From: Armatimonadota bacterium
Lineage (GTDB): Bacteria > Armatimonadota > UBA5829 > DSUL01
Assembly (NCBI GenBank): GCA_039811685.1
Contig: JBDHZC010000004.1
Location: 64,001-128,000 of the forward strand
Length of the DNA stretch: 64,000 nucleotides
Reading direction: 5' to 3'
In this document: positions 31,705 to 41,324 of the stretch, piece after piece
Layout: each line of letters opens with the position of its first letter
Numbering within the stretch: the stretch's first letter is position 1
Translations under genes and position numbers: made by a program
The notes under the pieces: model-generated
The model's input: the letters and a program-made list of their open reading frames with translations, nothing else
Databases searched by the model: none
What the model was told of the DNA's origin: nothing

Positions 31705-31733
31705 AGCATAAGCTCTGACGTGATGCTTGTCAA
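31705..31733 (-). promoter_or_regulatory. Sigma70-type promoter of the B12-riboswitch operon
   Basis: Minus strand TTGACA-17 nt-TATGCT directly upstream of the riboswitch. Confidence 0.8.
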
Positions 31734-31762
31734 GCCTATTTCAATCAAAAAGTGGCGGGATC

Positions 31763-34501
31763 TCATTTTGTAGCCCGCTCCGCACTCACCAAATCCACAA
31801 AATTAACTGTAATCTGTGCATCCGCTGCGTCTGTCGGGTCGATTCGGAGTGTTCGAACAGGGCCACTCCACAGCTTCTGTCCACTCATATCCACTCTGTA
31901 GGTACGGGTGCGGCCGTCTCCAGAGACGGGGAAATGCGCGCTTTGCTCCTCTGACATGGCGTCTCCAGACGTCCAGAATATCTGCCCGTTTTTGCCCGCA
32001 GACACGCTCATCCGTATCTCTATGGTCTTGATTCCGGAAGCATCAATGCCGGAAAGGGGGAAATACAATCCCGGGTCGTTGTTGATGGAGACTCCCTGTA
32101 GCGTCCCATCGCGTACTCCAAAGTCTCTGATATTCTGGGATATTACCCCCGGGTTAGACTTTTTGAACTCCCAGAACGTGATCTTCGGAGGTTGGGGCAG
32201 GTCGTACGGACCAAGCCCGACATCCTGTGGGGTCAGGTCTGTGTGAGGCTCCTTTGCGTCGGAGAAAACTTGCCGGATTGCGTCAAGATATCCAAACCCC
32301 CATTCGCGATGGGGCTCGATATAGTCGCCTTCTCCGAGCTCGTTCCAGGCTTCAATGAAAACAATCTTCTTGCCGCCCAGCTTTCTCCTTGCAGGCGCAT
32401 CTTCAAAGCCCCTGGCATTCTCCAGCATCTTTTCGAAGAGCTGCGGAGTCTTTCCGGTGCGCACCCGGTCCTTGTCGCCATGCCACGGGCGAGAGTCCCA
32501 TCCGGGCTCCGTCACTGGAATGTAAGGAATGGACGCCATCTCATCAATCTGCTTCCAGTAGTCAGGGTAGGCGTCCACCATGTCCGCGTATGGCGCCACC
32601 CGGTTGCCATTAGACCCTGCCGGCGGGTAGTTGTAGCCGCTCAGGGCGTCGTAGCCTTCCTGCTCCATCTGCCAGATGGCATCCTTTTCCGGGTAGGTGC
32701 AGGCGACGAAATACAACCCTGCCAGACCAGCTTTCCGGCACATCTCGCGGGAGTGCTCCAGGGCTTTGCGAGTGCTCTCGCGCCCCATGTCCTCAGTGAA
32801 ACGCCCTGGCGAGAAGATGACCACTACAGGCTTTCCGTCTATCTTCAGGTATTCGCTTCGCTTGAAGTAGTTATCAATCCAGTACTGCGTGACAGCTTCC
32901 ATATCCTCAGGAGAGGAGCTGCCGGGCGGGTTGTGGTTCGCCCAGAGCAGGCAGAACTTCATCATGTCGCGGTAGCGCGCTTTGAAAAAGCCGTCGTGCA
33001 GAGCGTGATCCAGCTTGCGCTCCCCTGCCGACCAGTACCAGTCGTAAATCCAGAACCCGATGCCGTGCTCAACAGCCCACTTGATCTGCCAGTCCGCCAC
33101 TTCCGGGTCGCCTTCCCTGTAGTAGCCCAGCACCGGCCGGCGCTCGGGAAACTGATCGAGCACGCTCCATCGGCCATAGGTATGCCATCCGGGGAAGTAG
33201 TAACAGCCGACCAGATAATCGCCTGTAGAGACGGGTTTAGGTGTGGGGACGTATTCCATTTTTCCTCGTAGATTCTTTGGAAGCTCCGGCTGAACGCACA
33301 GTCTGAAATCAGTCTTTGTGCCAGAGACTATGCGGATACTCTGCGTTCCCGCTTCTGTCGCCCTGAGCGTCCATTCTTTTTCAGCCGTCTCTCCAGGTTT
33401 GAGGGCTCTAACAGTCAGTGTTGGCGCCAGACACGCTATGCCCCCCTCAGGCTTTACTGTCGCGCTTGTGACCGGTGACGGTTCCCCGCCCGCATTCTCA
33501 AAGAGCGCCCGCAGTTTGAAGCTGCTTCCCTTGCGCACAAGCGTCGCATCTGTCCACGCCCGCACCAGGCGCACGTCTGCGGGGCCCCTACGGGAGTCCG
33601 AAAATGTCACGCTCTTGAGTCTGATGGCAGATCCGGGATCGGCCGTTGGTGAGAGTCCCACCGCAATAATCCGTCCGGACCAGCCGTCTTCTGGCGACAG
33701 CTTGACGTTGTAGGTATGAGCTTTGCCGTCCGCTACCACAGCAAAAGCCTTGCTCCGCACTCCCAGCTTCTCTGGCGTGGCCCACACAATCTGCGCCGCG
33801 TTCACACCCTGCGCCGTCATCACGACGGTCGCCCACGGCCTTGACCTGGCTTCAAAATCTACCGGCGGCGCCAGCAGAAGCGCTGTTCGCGCTTCCAGTT
33901 GCGCGCGCCAGCCGGATTCATAGGGCGTACCCTTCGCCTCAGATGCCGCTATCCACCCATCTGCAGTGCCCCGGAAGCTCCACGACGGTTCGCGTCGCGA
34001 AGCTTCTGATGCCGCCACTTGCACAACCTTTACAGCCCTGATCGTAAACGTGGAGCGAACGCGGTCTGGAGGGTCCAGGCGCAACTGAACGATCTTGCCC
34101 ATAGCCTGCCAGAATGGAAATATCCGATACGTGCGAAATTCTCCGGGGCGACTGTAGAAGTTGGTTACGGCTTGAGGCTGAAAGCCCTGATACTGCCCCT
34201 GAGTTGTGTTTGCCCAGAAAAGTTGCCACTCACCCGCAGTGTCCGTGCGCATCTCGATCTCGACATATTGCGTAGCTTTGGCCGGAATCTCCAGACCCGT
34301 AACAACCAGCTTCGGGTCCTTTCCAGGCGTTTTGCCTGCCAGCCCCTGGGGAGTCGCCAGGAAGTCACTGACATCCTCACTCGCCTTCCACTCCATTTTT
34401 GAGCGATTGCGAGCGAAATCCCAGCTCTTGATGACAGAGACATCTGCCGCGCAGCGGCTCGCCAGGATGAGCGCCGCAAGGAACACCAACTTACGCACCA
34501 T
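31763..34501 (-). CDS. Secreted multidomain glycoside hydrolase (GH99-like/WbsX-like catalytic domain with repeated CBM-like domains)
   Basis: Signal peptide; VGCYYFPGWH, PVLGYY.E..PEV.DWQI, FCLLWANH, GWDSRPW, IEAWNELGEG; repeated LRLDP/LRIDP beta-sandwich modules. Confidence 0.78.
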   Translation of the reverse strand: MVRKLVFLAALILASRCAADVSVIKSWDFARNRSKMEWKASEDVSDFLATPQGLAGKTPGKDPKLVVTGLEIPAKATQYVEIEMRTDTAGEWQLFWANTTQGQYQGFQPQAVTNFYSRPGEFRTYRIFPFWQAMGKIVQLRLDPPDRVRSTFTIRAVKVVQVAASEASRREPSWSFRGTADGWIAASEAKGTPYESGWRAQLEARTALLLAPPVDFEARSRPWATVVMTAQGVNAAQIVWATPEKLGVRSKAFAVVADGKAHTYNVKLSPEDGWSGRIIAVGLSPTADPGSAIRLKSVTFSDSRRGPADVRLVRAWTDATLVRKGSSFKLRALFENAGGEPSPVTSATVKPEGGIACLAPTLTVRALKPGETAEKEWTLRATEAGTQSIRIVSGTKTDFRLCVQPELPKNLRGKMEYVPTPKPVSTGDYLVGCYYFPGWHTYGRWSVLDQFPERRPVLGYYREGDPEVADWQIKWAVEHGIGFWIYDWYWSAGERKLDHALHDGFFKARYRDMMKFCLLWANHNPPGSSSPEDMEAVTQYWIDNYFKRSEYLKIDGKPVVVIFSPGRFTEDMGRESTRKALEHSREMCRKAGLAGLYFVACTYPEKDAIWQMEQEGYDALSGYNYPPAGSNGNRVAPYADMVDAYPDYWKQIDEMASIPYIPVTEPGWDSRPWHGDKDRVRTGKTPQLFEKMLENARGFEDAPARRKLGGKKIVFIEAWNELGEGDYIEPHREWGFGYLDAIRQVFSDAKEPHTDLTPQDVGLGPYDLPQPPKITFWEFKKSNPGVISQNIRDFGVRDGTLQGVSINNDPGLYFPLSGIDASGIKTIEIRMSVSAGKNGQIFWTSGDAMSEEQSAHFPVSGDGRTRTYRVDMSGQKLWSGPVRTLRIDPTDAADAQITVNFVDLVSAERATK

Positions 34502-34573
34502 GCCGCGATTATAGCGTACTGCACGGCATAAGGATAGCGCTGAGGGTTGGCGCGGGATGAGGAGGAAGGAATG

Positions 34574-34649
34574 TGGTACCCCCGAAGGGAATCGAACCCT
34601 CGATCTCCTGGCTGAGAACCAGGCATGTTAACCGCTACACCACGGGGGC
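34574..34649 (-). tRNA. tRNA-Glu(CTC) with encoded CCA
   Basis: Minus strand GCCCCCG...CCTGG-TTCTCAG-CCAGG...GTTCGATTC...CGGGGGTACCA. Confidence 0.95.
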
Positions 34650-34666
34650 GAAATGCCGCGCGCCCT

Positions 34667-34696
34667 ATTGTAACCGCACTACAGAGCAGTTGACAA
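34667..34696 (-). promoter_or_regulatory. Promoter of tRNA-Glu
   Basis: Minus strand TTGTCA-18 nt-TACAAT. Confidence 0.65.
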
Positions 34697-34778
34697 CATC
34701 CGCGCGTGACCAGTACAAAAACGCGCCCCGCCTGTACCGTGAGTCCTCGAGTTTTAGAACCCTCCAAAAAATGGAGGG

Positions 34779-34915
34779 GCCCCGGAGTCGGCGTTCTGTG
34801 CCACCACTTCCCCGATTAAGAGGGTGGTCTCCACGCCACCGAGTCACGTGGGCTCCTAGAATGCTAGGTTGTCGGCTCAAAACCCGTCGGACTTAACACG
34901 TATACCGCAGGGCGG
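34779..34915 (-). ncRNA. ssrS: Probable 6S RNA
   Basis: Minus strand GCCCTGCGGT...TCCGACGGGTTTTGAGCCGAC...GGAGCCCAC...CCACC...CCGGGGC; complementary ends close a long rod; blocks resemble Terrabacterial 6S RNAs; followed by hairpin CCCTCCA/TGGAGGG. Confidence 0.55.
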
Positions 34916-35124
34916 TTTTCTCGTATCAAAACGATAACCCTGGAACTCATCAGGCACTGTTCCTGATGCGCTCTTCGGACCAGTTCCATGTTACCACGTA
35001 CAGTCGGCTTTATCAATCATTTTGCAGCACTTCGACTAGCGCTTCCAGGTCGTCCCCAGGGCGGTTTGAAAGGGCGATATTGGAGCCTGAACAGCAGATA
35101 TGCAAACTGTCCTGGAATTCTTGT

Positions 35125-36201
35125 TCACAGGAGGTGTTTGCCAGTCGCCTCTTCGTAGATCGCGAGGACGTTTGCAAGGGGCGTGTCTGGCTGAATGCAG
35201 TGCGCAGGCGCGAAAATGTAGCCGCCGTCCCGGCCAATCACGTCGAGTCTGTGCCGCGCCTCGCGGCGGCAGTCATCCACGCTTCCATGCGGCAGCGTCT
35301 GCTGGGTGCTGATCATCCCGCAAAACGTCAGATGCTCTCCACTGGCCGCCTTGACCTCTTCCGGATCCATTCCCACAGGCTCCGGCTGCACAGCATCCAG
35401 AATGTCCAGGCCCATATCAATCAGCCGGGGTTGCAGGAGCCGCGTTGAGCCGCAGGAATGCATCATTGCAAGCGCGCCGTAGTCGTGAGCCAGACTGATG
35501 AACTTCTCCAGGCGCGGGCGGAAAAACTTGTCAAACATCTCCGGGCTCATGGTTGGTCCTTTCTGTGTACCGATGTCCTCGCCAATGCAGAGAATATCAA
35601 TCTTACCCGCTCCGGCCTCCAGGCTGCGCCTGCACCATTCGTAGAAGAAGTCCACGCGCCGGTCAATGATAGCGATGCCAACCTCATCCTCGGTCGCGAT
35701 GTCCACCAGCACCTGCTCCATGCCTCGCCCGCGCCCGACCCCGTTGATAATATCGGGAATCCCCGCGTGCCCCAGACACACCGCGTAGTCCTTCACACCT
35801 TCGATCTGCTGCGGGATGACCGAGTAGTCCCAGTCGTCCGGATCAGGCCACGCGTACTTCTCGGCATCGTCCATTGTCTCCACGCGCGCCAGCGCCAGAT
35901 CCACTGCTTCCGGATACTCTCCACCGGCGTTGTTTGCAACAAGAGCGTACCCTGTCCCCCACTCATCGTACCAGGCGATGTGACTTCCCGGCTCCGCCTG
36001 CCGGTTTGCTCTGCGCGACGCCGGACTAACGGTGCGCATGTCCACCTCGAGGGCGTCAATGTAGCTCCTGGGGGCGAAGTACTCCTGCAGGGCCCGGTCT
36101 ATCTCCGGAGTGACATAAATCTGAATCGGGGCGCGGTCCGCCGGGGTTCTTTCAACCGCTGCTACAACTCGTTGCTTACTGGTTACCGTATCGGTTGGCA
36201 T
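35125..36201 (-). CDS. Uroporphyrinogen decarboxylase-like / methylcobamide methyltransferase family protein
   Basis: GGAGAGGAG RBS; DEWG, RGMEQ, MHSCG, GGYIFAPAHCIQPDTP..N. Confidence 0.85.
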   Translation of the reverse strand: MPTDTVTSKQRVVAAVERTPADRAPIQIYVTPEIDRALQEYFAPRSYIDALEVDMRTVSPASRRANRQAEPGSHIAWYDEWGTGYALVANNAGGEYPEAVDLALARVETMDDAEKYAWPDPDDWDYSVIPQQIEGVKDYAVCLGHAGIPDIINGVGRGRGMEQVLVDIATEDEVGIAIIDRRVDFFYEWCRRSLEAGAGKIDILCIGEDIGTQKGPTMSPEMFDKFFRPRLEKFISLAHDYGALAMMHSCGSTRLLQPRLIDMGLDILDAVQPEPVGMDPEEVKAASGEHLTFCGMISTQQTLPHGSVDDCRREARHRLDVIGRDGGYIFAPAHCIQPDTPLANVLAIYEEATGKHLL

Positions 36202-36331
36202 GGCCTGAGCTCCTCTCCAATCAGTTCTGCGCATGCGCGCTCGCGCCCTGCCTCTCACCGATGCCTTGAAGCAAGCGGGCAGATCAGGTCTCTATACCAC
36301 AAGGGGAAGTGGGAAAACAGGAGGATCAGCA

Positions 36332-37222
36332 ATGACTAGTCGATGGATGAAGCACTCCGCAGCCGCTCTGGTTGTGGTGGCCTTGGGAGCGGCAATGCTA
36401 TTGCGGGTTGACAAGCAGCCAGAGAGGCATGCCCCCGAGCCGCCAATGAGTGTAGCATCGAGGCGCACTGCCGTCGTGGATCGCCCTGCCGAGGCGCTCA
36501 CTCAGGCAGAGGCTATGCACTGGTACCGGCTGTGGCCATCTCCGGCGCAGCGAATGGTCATCAGCACAGCCGACCTGACCGTCAAAGTAAGAAATGTGCC
36601 GCAGGCGATTGAAGAGATGACTTCTGCGGTGAGACAGGCGGGCGGATATATAAGTGAGTCCAGTGAATCTCGCCACAGCAGCAAAGGAAGCGGCCGCATA
36701 ACAGTGCGGGCGCCTGTCAAGGCGTACGGACGTATTCTTGAGGGGATTGGACGACTGGGCAAGATCGTCAGCAAAGATGAGCGATGCGAGGATGTGACCG
36801 AGGAATACGTGGACATTCAGTCACGGCTCCGCAACCTGAGCCACGAAGAGGAGGCTTTTCTGAGAGTCCTTCACCAGGCTCGAAAGGTAACGGATATCCT
36901 GGCCGTTGAACGGGAGCTCTCTCGTGTGCGAGGTGAGATCGAAGCCGTCACCGGCAGAATAAAGTATCTGCAAAACCAGATTTCTCTAGCGACGATTAAC
37001 GTGTCGTTCTATGCCACCTCAACGCCCGTAAGGCCAGGATGGCCGGTGTCCTGGAATTTCGCTTCGCCGGCCGCAAATGCAGTTCACGCGCTTGGTCTGG
37101 TTGTCCACAAGCTTGTGACAGCAGGAATCTGGCTAGCGGTGTTCAGTCCGCTCTGGGGCGGGGCGGCGCTTGGAGTTCGCGGAGCCTGGCGCTCGCGACG
37201 GGGCGCTGCTGCTCAGGTTTGA
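36332..37222 (+). CDS. DUF4349 domain membrane protein
   Basis: AGGAGG RBS; EDVTEEYVDIQSRLRNL..E..L.RVRGEIE motif; C-terminal TM segment. Confidence 0.85.
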   Translation: MTSRWMKHSAAALVVVALGAAMLLRVDKQPERHAPEPPMSVASRRTAVVDRPAEALTQAEAMHWYRLWPSPAQRMVISTADLTVKVRNVPQAIEEMTSAVRQAGGYISESSESRHSSKGSGRITVRAPVKAYGRILEGIGRLGKIVSKDERCEDVTEEYVDIQSRLRNLSHEEEAFLRVLHQARKVTDILAVERELSRVRGEIEAVTGRIKYLQNQISLATINVSFYATSTPVRPGWPVSWNFASPAANAVHALGLVVHKLVTAGIWLAVFSPLWGGAALGVRGAWRSRRGAAAQV

Positions 37223-37605
37223 GTCTTAACGTACCCTTCAAACACTTCAACAGCAGCGAACAGCGCATTTTGAGCGCACTGAAATCCACCGTAGAGCGCC
37301 ATCTGAATGATCACCTCTACAATCTGCTGCTGAGTAACGCCAACATTCAACGCGCCGTTGATGTGCGCCTTCAGTTGACGCTCGCCGTTGCCAAGCACGG
37401 TCAGGGCGGCGATCGTCGTCAACTGTCGTGTATGCAGGTCAAGGCCAGGGCGCGTGTAGATATCGCCATAGGCGAACTCTGTGGTGAGACGCTCAAAGTC
37501 CGGACACACTTCTCGAAGCCGCTCCATCACCTTCTGCCCGATGCCCTTGTGGATTTCGTTGAGTCTGGCCAGGCCGCGCTGGTAGCGCTCCTGTTCATCT
37601 GTCAT
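37213..37605 (-). CDS. Carboxymuconolactone decarboxylase (AhpD-like) family protein (alternative start 37632)
   Basis: FAYGDIYTRPGLDLHTRQLTTIAAL, LKAHINGALNVG, YGGF. Confidence 0.88.
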   Translation of the reverse strand: MTDEQERYQRGLARLNEIHKGIGQKVMERLREVCPDFERLTTEFAYGDIYTRPGLDLHTRQLTTIAALTVLGNGERQLKAHINGALNVGVTQQQIVEVIIQMALYGGFQCAQNALFAAVEVFEGYVKTQT

Positions 37606-37650
37606 TCTTTCCGTCTCGTTACCACCTTCCATTAGCGAAGACCATTATAA

Positions 37651-37683
37651 CAAAAGAGCCTCGAGAAGTATTCCCGAGGCTCT
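37651..37683 (-). terminator. Terminator after clpB
   Basis: AGAGCCTCG/CGAGGCTCT stem followed on the minus strand by a short T run. Confidence 0.6.
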
Positions 37684-37708
37684 CGTCGTCGCAGACGCTC
37701 GTGCGGAA

Positions 37709-40312
37709 TTACTCTACAACATCAGCCGTCACGACCCGTTCGAACGTGAACTCACCGCTTTCACTCACATCTACTCTCACAGTGTCACCGTCGCCAAACT
37801 CACCCTGCAGCACTCGCAGCGCAAGAGGATTTTGAATTGACCTCTGAATGACACGCTTGAGCGGTCGCGCTCCATAGGCCGGGTCAAAGCCCTCCCTGGC
37901 CAGCTCCAGTTTCGCTGCGTCCGTCAGTTCAATCTTCAAGCCGCGCCCCTCCAGCAGTGTCTCCAGATGTCTGAGTTGTATCTCAACAATGCGCTTGATG
38001 TGCTCGGCGCTCAGGGTGTTGAAAACGACAATCTCATCCACCCTGTTCAGAAATTCGGGACGGAAATGCTCTCGCAAAGCCAGCATCACGTTTTGTACCG
38101 CTTCTTCGCGGTCGACTGTCGGGTCGCCCAGATAGGCGCTTCCGAGATTACTGGTCATAATGATGACCGTATTCTTGAAGTCCACCGTGCGGCCCTGACC
38201 GTCTGTCAGCCGCCCGTCATCCAGTATCTGAAGCAGCACGTTGAAGACGTCCGGGTGAGCTTTCTCGATCTCATCGAACAGGACCACGCTGTACGGGCGC
38301 CGCCGGACAGCCTCTGTGAGGTAGCCGCCCTCTTCATAGCCCACATATCCCGGAGGCGCTCCGATCAGCCTGGCGACGGAGTGCTTCTCCATGAACTCGG
38401 ACATGTCAATACGCGTCATTGCCCGCTCGTCATCGAACAGAAACTCCGCCAGCGCCCGCGCCAGCTCTGTCTTTCCGACTCCGGTCGGCCCGAGGAACAT
38501 GAAGCTGCCAATTGGGCGGTTCGGGTCCTGGAGGCCGGCTCTTGCGCGCCGCACGGCGTTGGAGACCGCTTCCAGGGCGTCCTCCTGGCCGATGACCCGC
38601 TCGCGCAGCCGGCTCTCCATGTGAATGAGCTTTTCAACTTCGCCCTCAATCAGCTTGCTGACCGGAATGCCGGTCCACTTGCTGACGACCTCAGCGATGT
38701 CTTCCTCATCCACCTCTTCCTTCAGCATTTTTTGCGACGACTGAAGATCCGCAAGCCGCGCGTTCTGCTCTTCAAGCGTCTTCTGAAGCTCCAGCATCCG
38801 GCCGTAGCGTATCTGTGCGGCCTTGCCGAGGTCTCCCGCTCTCTCTGCAGCCTGCTCTTCTGTCTTTGCATTTTCAATGTCCTGTTTTGTCTGGCGGATA
38901 GAGCCGATCGCTTCCTTCTCCGAATGCCAGTGCGCCTTCATGGCGCTTGACTGCTCCTGTAGAGCGGCCAACTCTTCGTCCAACCTTGCAAGGCGCTCTT
39001 TGGACGCCTTGTCAGTCTCCTTGCGCAGCGCCTCCCGCTCAATCTCAAGCTGGCGCATCCTGCGCTCCACCACGTCAATCTCCTGGGGCATGCTGTCAAT
39101 CTCGATGCGCAGGCGGGACGCCGCTTCATCCACAAGGTCAATCGCCTTGTCCGGCAGAAACCGGTCCGCAATGTACCTGTGGGAAAGCACTGCCGCCGCC
39201 ACCAGCGCGGAGTCCTGAATCCGGACGCCGTGATGAACCTCGTAGCGCTCCTTCAATCCGCGCAAAATCGCAATCGTATCATCCACCGACGGCTCACCGA
39301 CGTACACAGGCTGGAATCTGCGCTCAAGCGCCGCGTCCTTCTCCACATACTTCCGGTATTCATCCAGCGTCGTGGCGCCAACGCATCGAAGCTCACCGCG
39401 CGCCAGCATCGGCTTCAGCAGGTTGGAGGCGTCCACAGCGCCTTCTGCCGCTCCCGCGCCCACAATCGTGTGCATCTCATCAATGAACAGAATGACCTCG
39501 CCCTGAGCCTCGCTGATCTCCTTCAGCACCGCCTTCAGGCGATCTTCAAACTCCCCGCGATACTTCGCTCCCGCAATCAGCGCCCCCATATCAAGCGCCA
39601 CAACCCGCTTGTTCTTCAGCCCTTCAGGGACGTCACCAGCCACCACCCGCTGCGCCAGGCCTTCGACAATCGCCGTCTTTCCGACGCCAGGCTCTCCAAT
39701 CAAAACCGGATTGTTCTTGGTTCTTCGGCTGAGAACCTGGACCACGCGCCGTATCTCTTCATCGCGGCCAATAACTGGGTCCAGCTTGCCCTGCCTGGCG
39801 GACTGCGTCAGGTCGCGTCCGTAGCGCTCCAGCGCCTGATACTTCTCTTCCGGGTTCTGATCTGTCACTCTCTGGGAGCCCCTGACATCCGTCAAAGCCT
39901 TAAGAATGGCATCGCGCGTCAATCCGTGCTGACGAAGGATCCTTCCGGCGGCGTTCTTTGTGTCGTCCGCCAGCGCCAGCAGCAGATGCTCCGTGCTGAC
40001 GTACTCATCCCGCATCGCATCCGCGTCTTTGTCGGCCTTTTCCATTACGGCGGCCAGCCCTTGAGAGACCTGCGATTGCACTGCTCCTGAGACTTTGGGG
40101 AAGCGGCTGATTTCCTGATTTGCTTCGGCGATAATCTGATCCAGGCGAGCGCCAATCTTGTTGACGATCGCAGGCGCGACGCCCCCCTCCTGCTCTGCCA
40201 GCCCTACAAGCAGGTGCTCCGGCTCAATTCGCGGATTCCCCAGCTCGCCGGCCAGAGACTGCGCTTCGGCCAGCGCCTCCTGAGCTTTCAGGGTGAACTT
40301 ATCGATCCTCAT
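37709..40312 (-). CDS. clpB: ATP-dependent chaperone ClpB
   Basis: GGAGG RBS; two AAA modules ([16 protein letters not shown]) and a long middle coiled-coil domain. Confidence 0.96.
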   Translation of the reverse strand: MRIDKFTLKAQEALAEAQSLAGELGNPRIEPEHLLVGLAEQEGGVAPAIVNKIGARLDQIIAEANQEISRFPKVSGAVQSQVSQGLAAVMEKADKDADAMRDEYVSTEHLLLALADDTKNAAGRILRQHGLTRDAILKALTDVRGSQRVTDQNPEEKYQALERYGRDLTQSARQGKLDPVIGRDEEIRRVVQVLSRRTKNNPVLIGEPGVGKTAIVEGLAQRVVAGDVPEGLKNKRVVALDMGALIAGAKYRGEFEDRLKAVLKEISEAQGEVILFIDEMHTIVGAGAAEGAVDASNLLKPMLARGELRCVGATTLDEYRKYVEKDAALERRFQPVYVGEPSVDDTIAILRGLKERYEVHHGVRIQDSALVAAAVLSHRYIADRFLPDKAIDLVDEAASRLRIEIDSMPQEIDVVERRMRQLEIEREALRKETDKASKERLARLDEELAALQEQSSAMKAHWHSEKEAIGSIRQTKQDIENAKTEEQAAERAGDLGKAAQIRYGRMLELQKTLEEQNARLADLQSSQKMLKEEVDEEDIAEVVSKWTGIPVSKLIEGEVEKLIHMESRLRERVIGQEDALEAVSNAVRRARAGLQDPNRPIGSFMFLGPTGVGKTELARALAEFLFDDERAMTRIDMSEFMEKHSVARLIGAPPGYVGYEEGGYLTEAVRRRPYSVVLFDEIEKAHPDVFNVLLQILDDGRLTDGQGRTVDFKNTVIIMTSNLGSAYLGDPTVDREEAVQNVMLALREHFRPEFLNRVDEIVVFNTLSAEHIKRIVEIQLRHLETLLEGRGLKIELTDAAKLELAREGFDPAYGARPLKRVIQRSIQNPLALRVLQGEFGDGDTVRVDVSESGEFTFERVVTADVVE

Positions 40313-40412
40313 AGACTTCCTCCAGTGGTTGAGCGCCGGGTTGAGACGCGCCCCGCACCGACCCATTCTACTTCTATTTTGCAGCTTAACTTAGTCATAT
40401 AGCTGTAGACAA

Positions 40413-40433
40413 TATGAGTCTAGTGTTATCAAC
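40413..40433 (-). promoter_or_regulatory. HAIR-like (HspR operator) inverted repeat upstream of clpB
   Basis: Minus strand GTTGATA-N7-ACTCATA versus consensus CTTGAGT-N7-ACTCAAG. Confidence 0.5.
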
Positions 40434-40579
40434 GTCTGGTCCATTCGCTGTGTTCCCGCACTCCCTTATCTTCCCCTGTTTACGACTGACTGTTTTCTGT
40501 TCTTTTCCCTGAAGTTGTGCCCAAAGACTCTCAAATGTCCCAAAGTCGCGATTTGAGCACAAAATATCTCACTTTGAGC

Positions 40580-40609
40580 TTGACAAGCGGAATTCCGGAT
40601 TACTAAAAT
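40580..40609 (+). promoter_or_regulatory. Sigma70-type promoter upstream of the DUF5679 gene
   Basis: TTGACA-18 nt-TAAAAT. Confidence 0.7.
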
Positions 40610-40851
40610 GCTCGAACAGCGTGCGTGGAACCTCCATCGCGTTTTCCGGCGCGGCTTTTATTTCTAGAGAAAGCTATCGGCGGAGGTTGCGAACGGAGGA
40701 GTTCCAGCAGTTGCGCTGAACTCAACAGATAAGCGGGCGACCGCCCGCGCCGTATCTCAGCCTGACCGTGTGACTCAGACAGTTTTATGCGCACCGTTCG
40801 GGTTGCAGAATTGACCAGAGCTTTGTTGCTCAAACAGGAGGTGACTGAAAA

Positions 40852-40995
40852 ATGGAAGCTTATTGCGTTAAGTGCAAGGCAAAGCGCGAAGTGAAGAATC
40901 CGCAGCAGACGACGATGAAGAACGGAAAGCCGGCAACGACCGGGACATGCTCTGTTTGCGGCACGAAGGTGTTCAAGATCGGCGCCAGCAAGTAA
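40852..40995 (+). CDS. DUF5679 family small zinc-ribbon protein (47 aa; absent from the ORF track)
   Basis: AGGAGGT RBS; MEAYCVKCKAKREVKNPQQTTMKNGKPATTGTCSVCGTKVFKIGASK with two CxxC motifs. Confidence 0.9.
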   Translation: MEAYCVKCKAKREVKNPQQTTMKNGKPATTGTCSVCGTKVFKIGASK

Positions 40996-41324
40996 GAGCG
41001 AGTTCATTCCCGGGCAAGCTGTCGTCCGCGCCCGGGTCTTGAATCTCACAGTTCACCGTTCAGGAGCGGGGCTGCTGCTGGTTGTTTCACTCCCCGCTCT
41101 TCTTCCTTCCTCCACTACCCCTGACTGCGGACACAGGCCGCTGCACCTTGACACAAATTTGGTGCCGCAGCGGCAGATATGGCACTATTCTATAGAGGCT
41201 GCTCGTCTACAGGACTAACGGACTCTGGGCTTGACGCCGGATCAACGGCGAGTCTCCTGAGTGTTGCATCTTCGCCCCGGAGCAAAGGCACAGCTCAAAT
41301 CGGCGCCACGGGAGGGTTTTCACC

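Noticed and set aside
28495..34649. Genomic island integrated at tRNA-Glu
   Set aside because: No integrase, no duplicated tRNA 3' end and no obvious compositional shift were seen.
40603..41049. 148-aa minus-strand ORF
   Set aside because: It is antisense to the DUF5679 gene, which has a strong RBS, a promoter and a recognisable family pattern.
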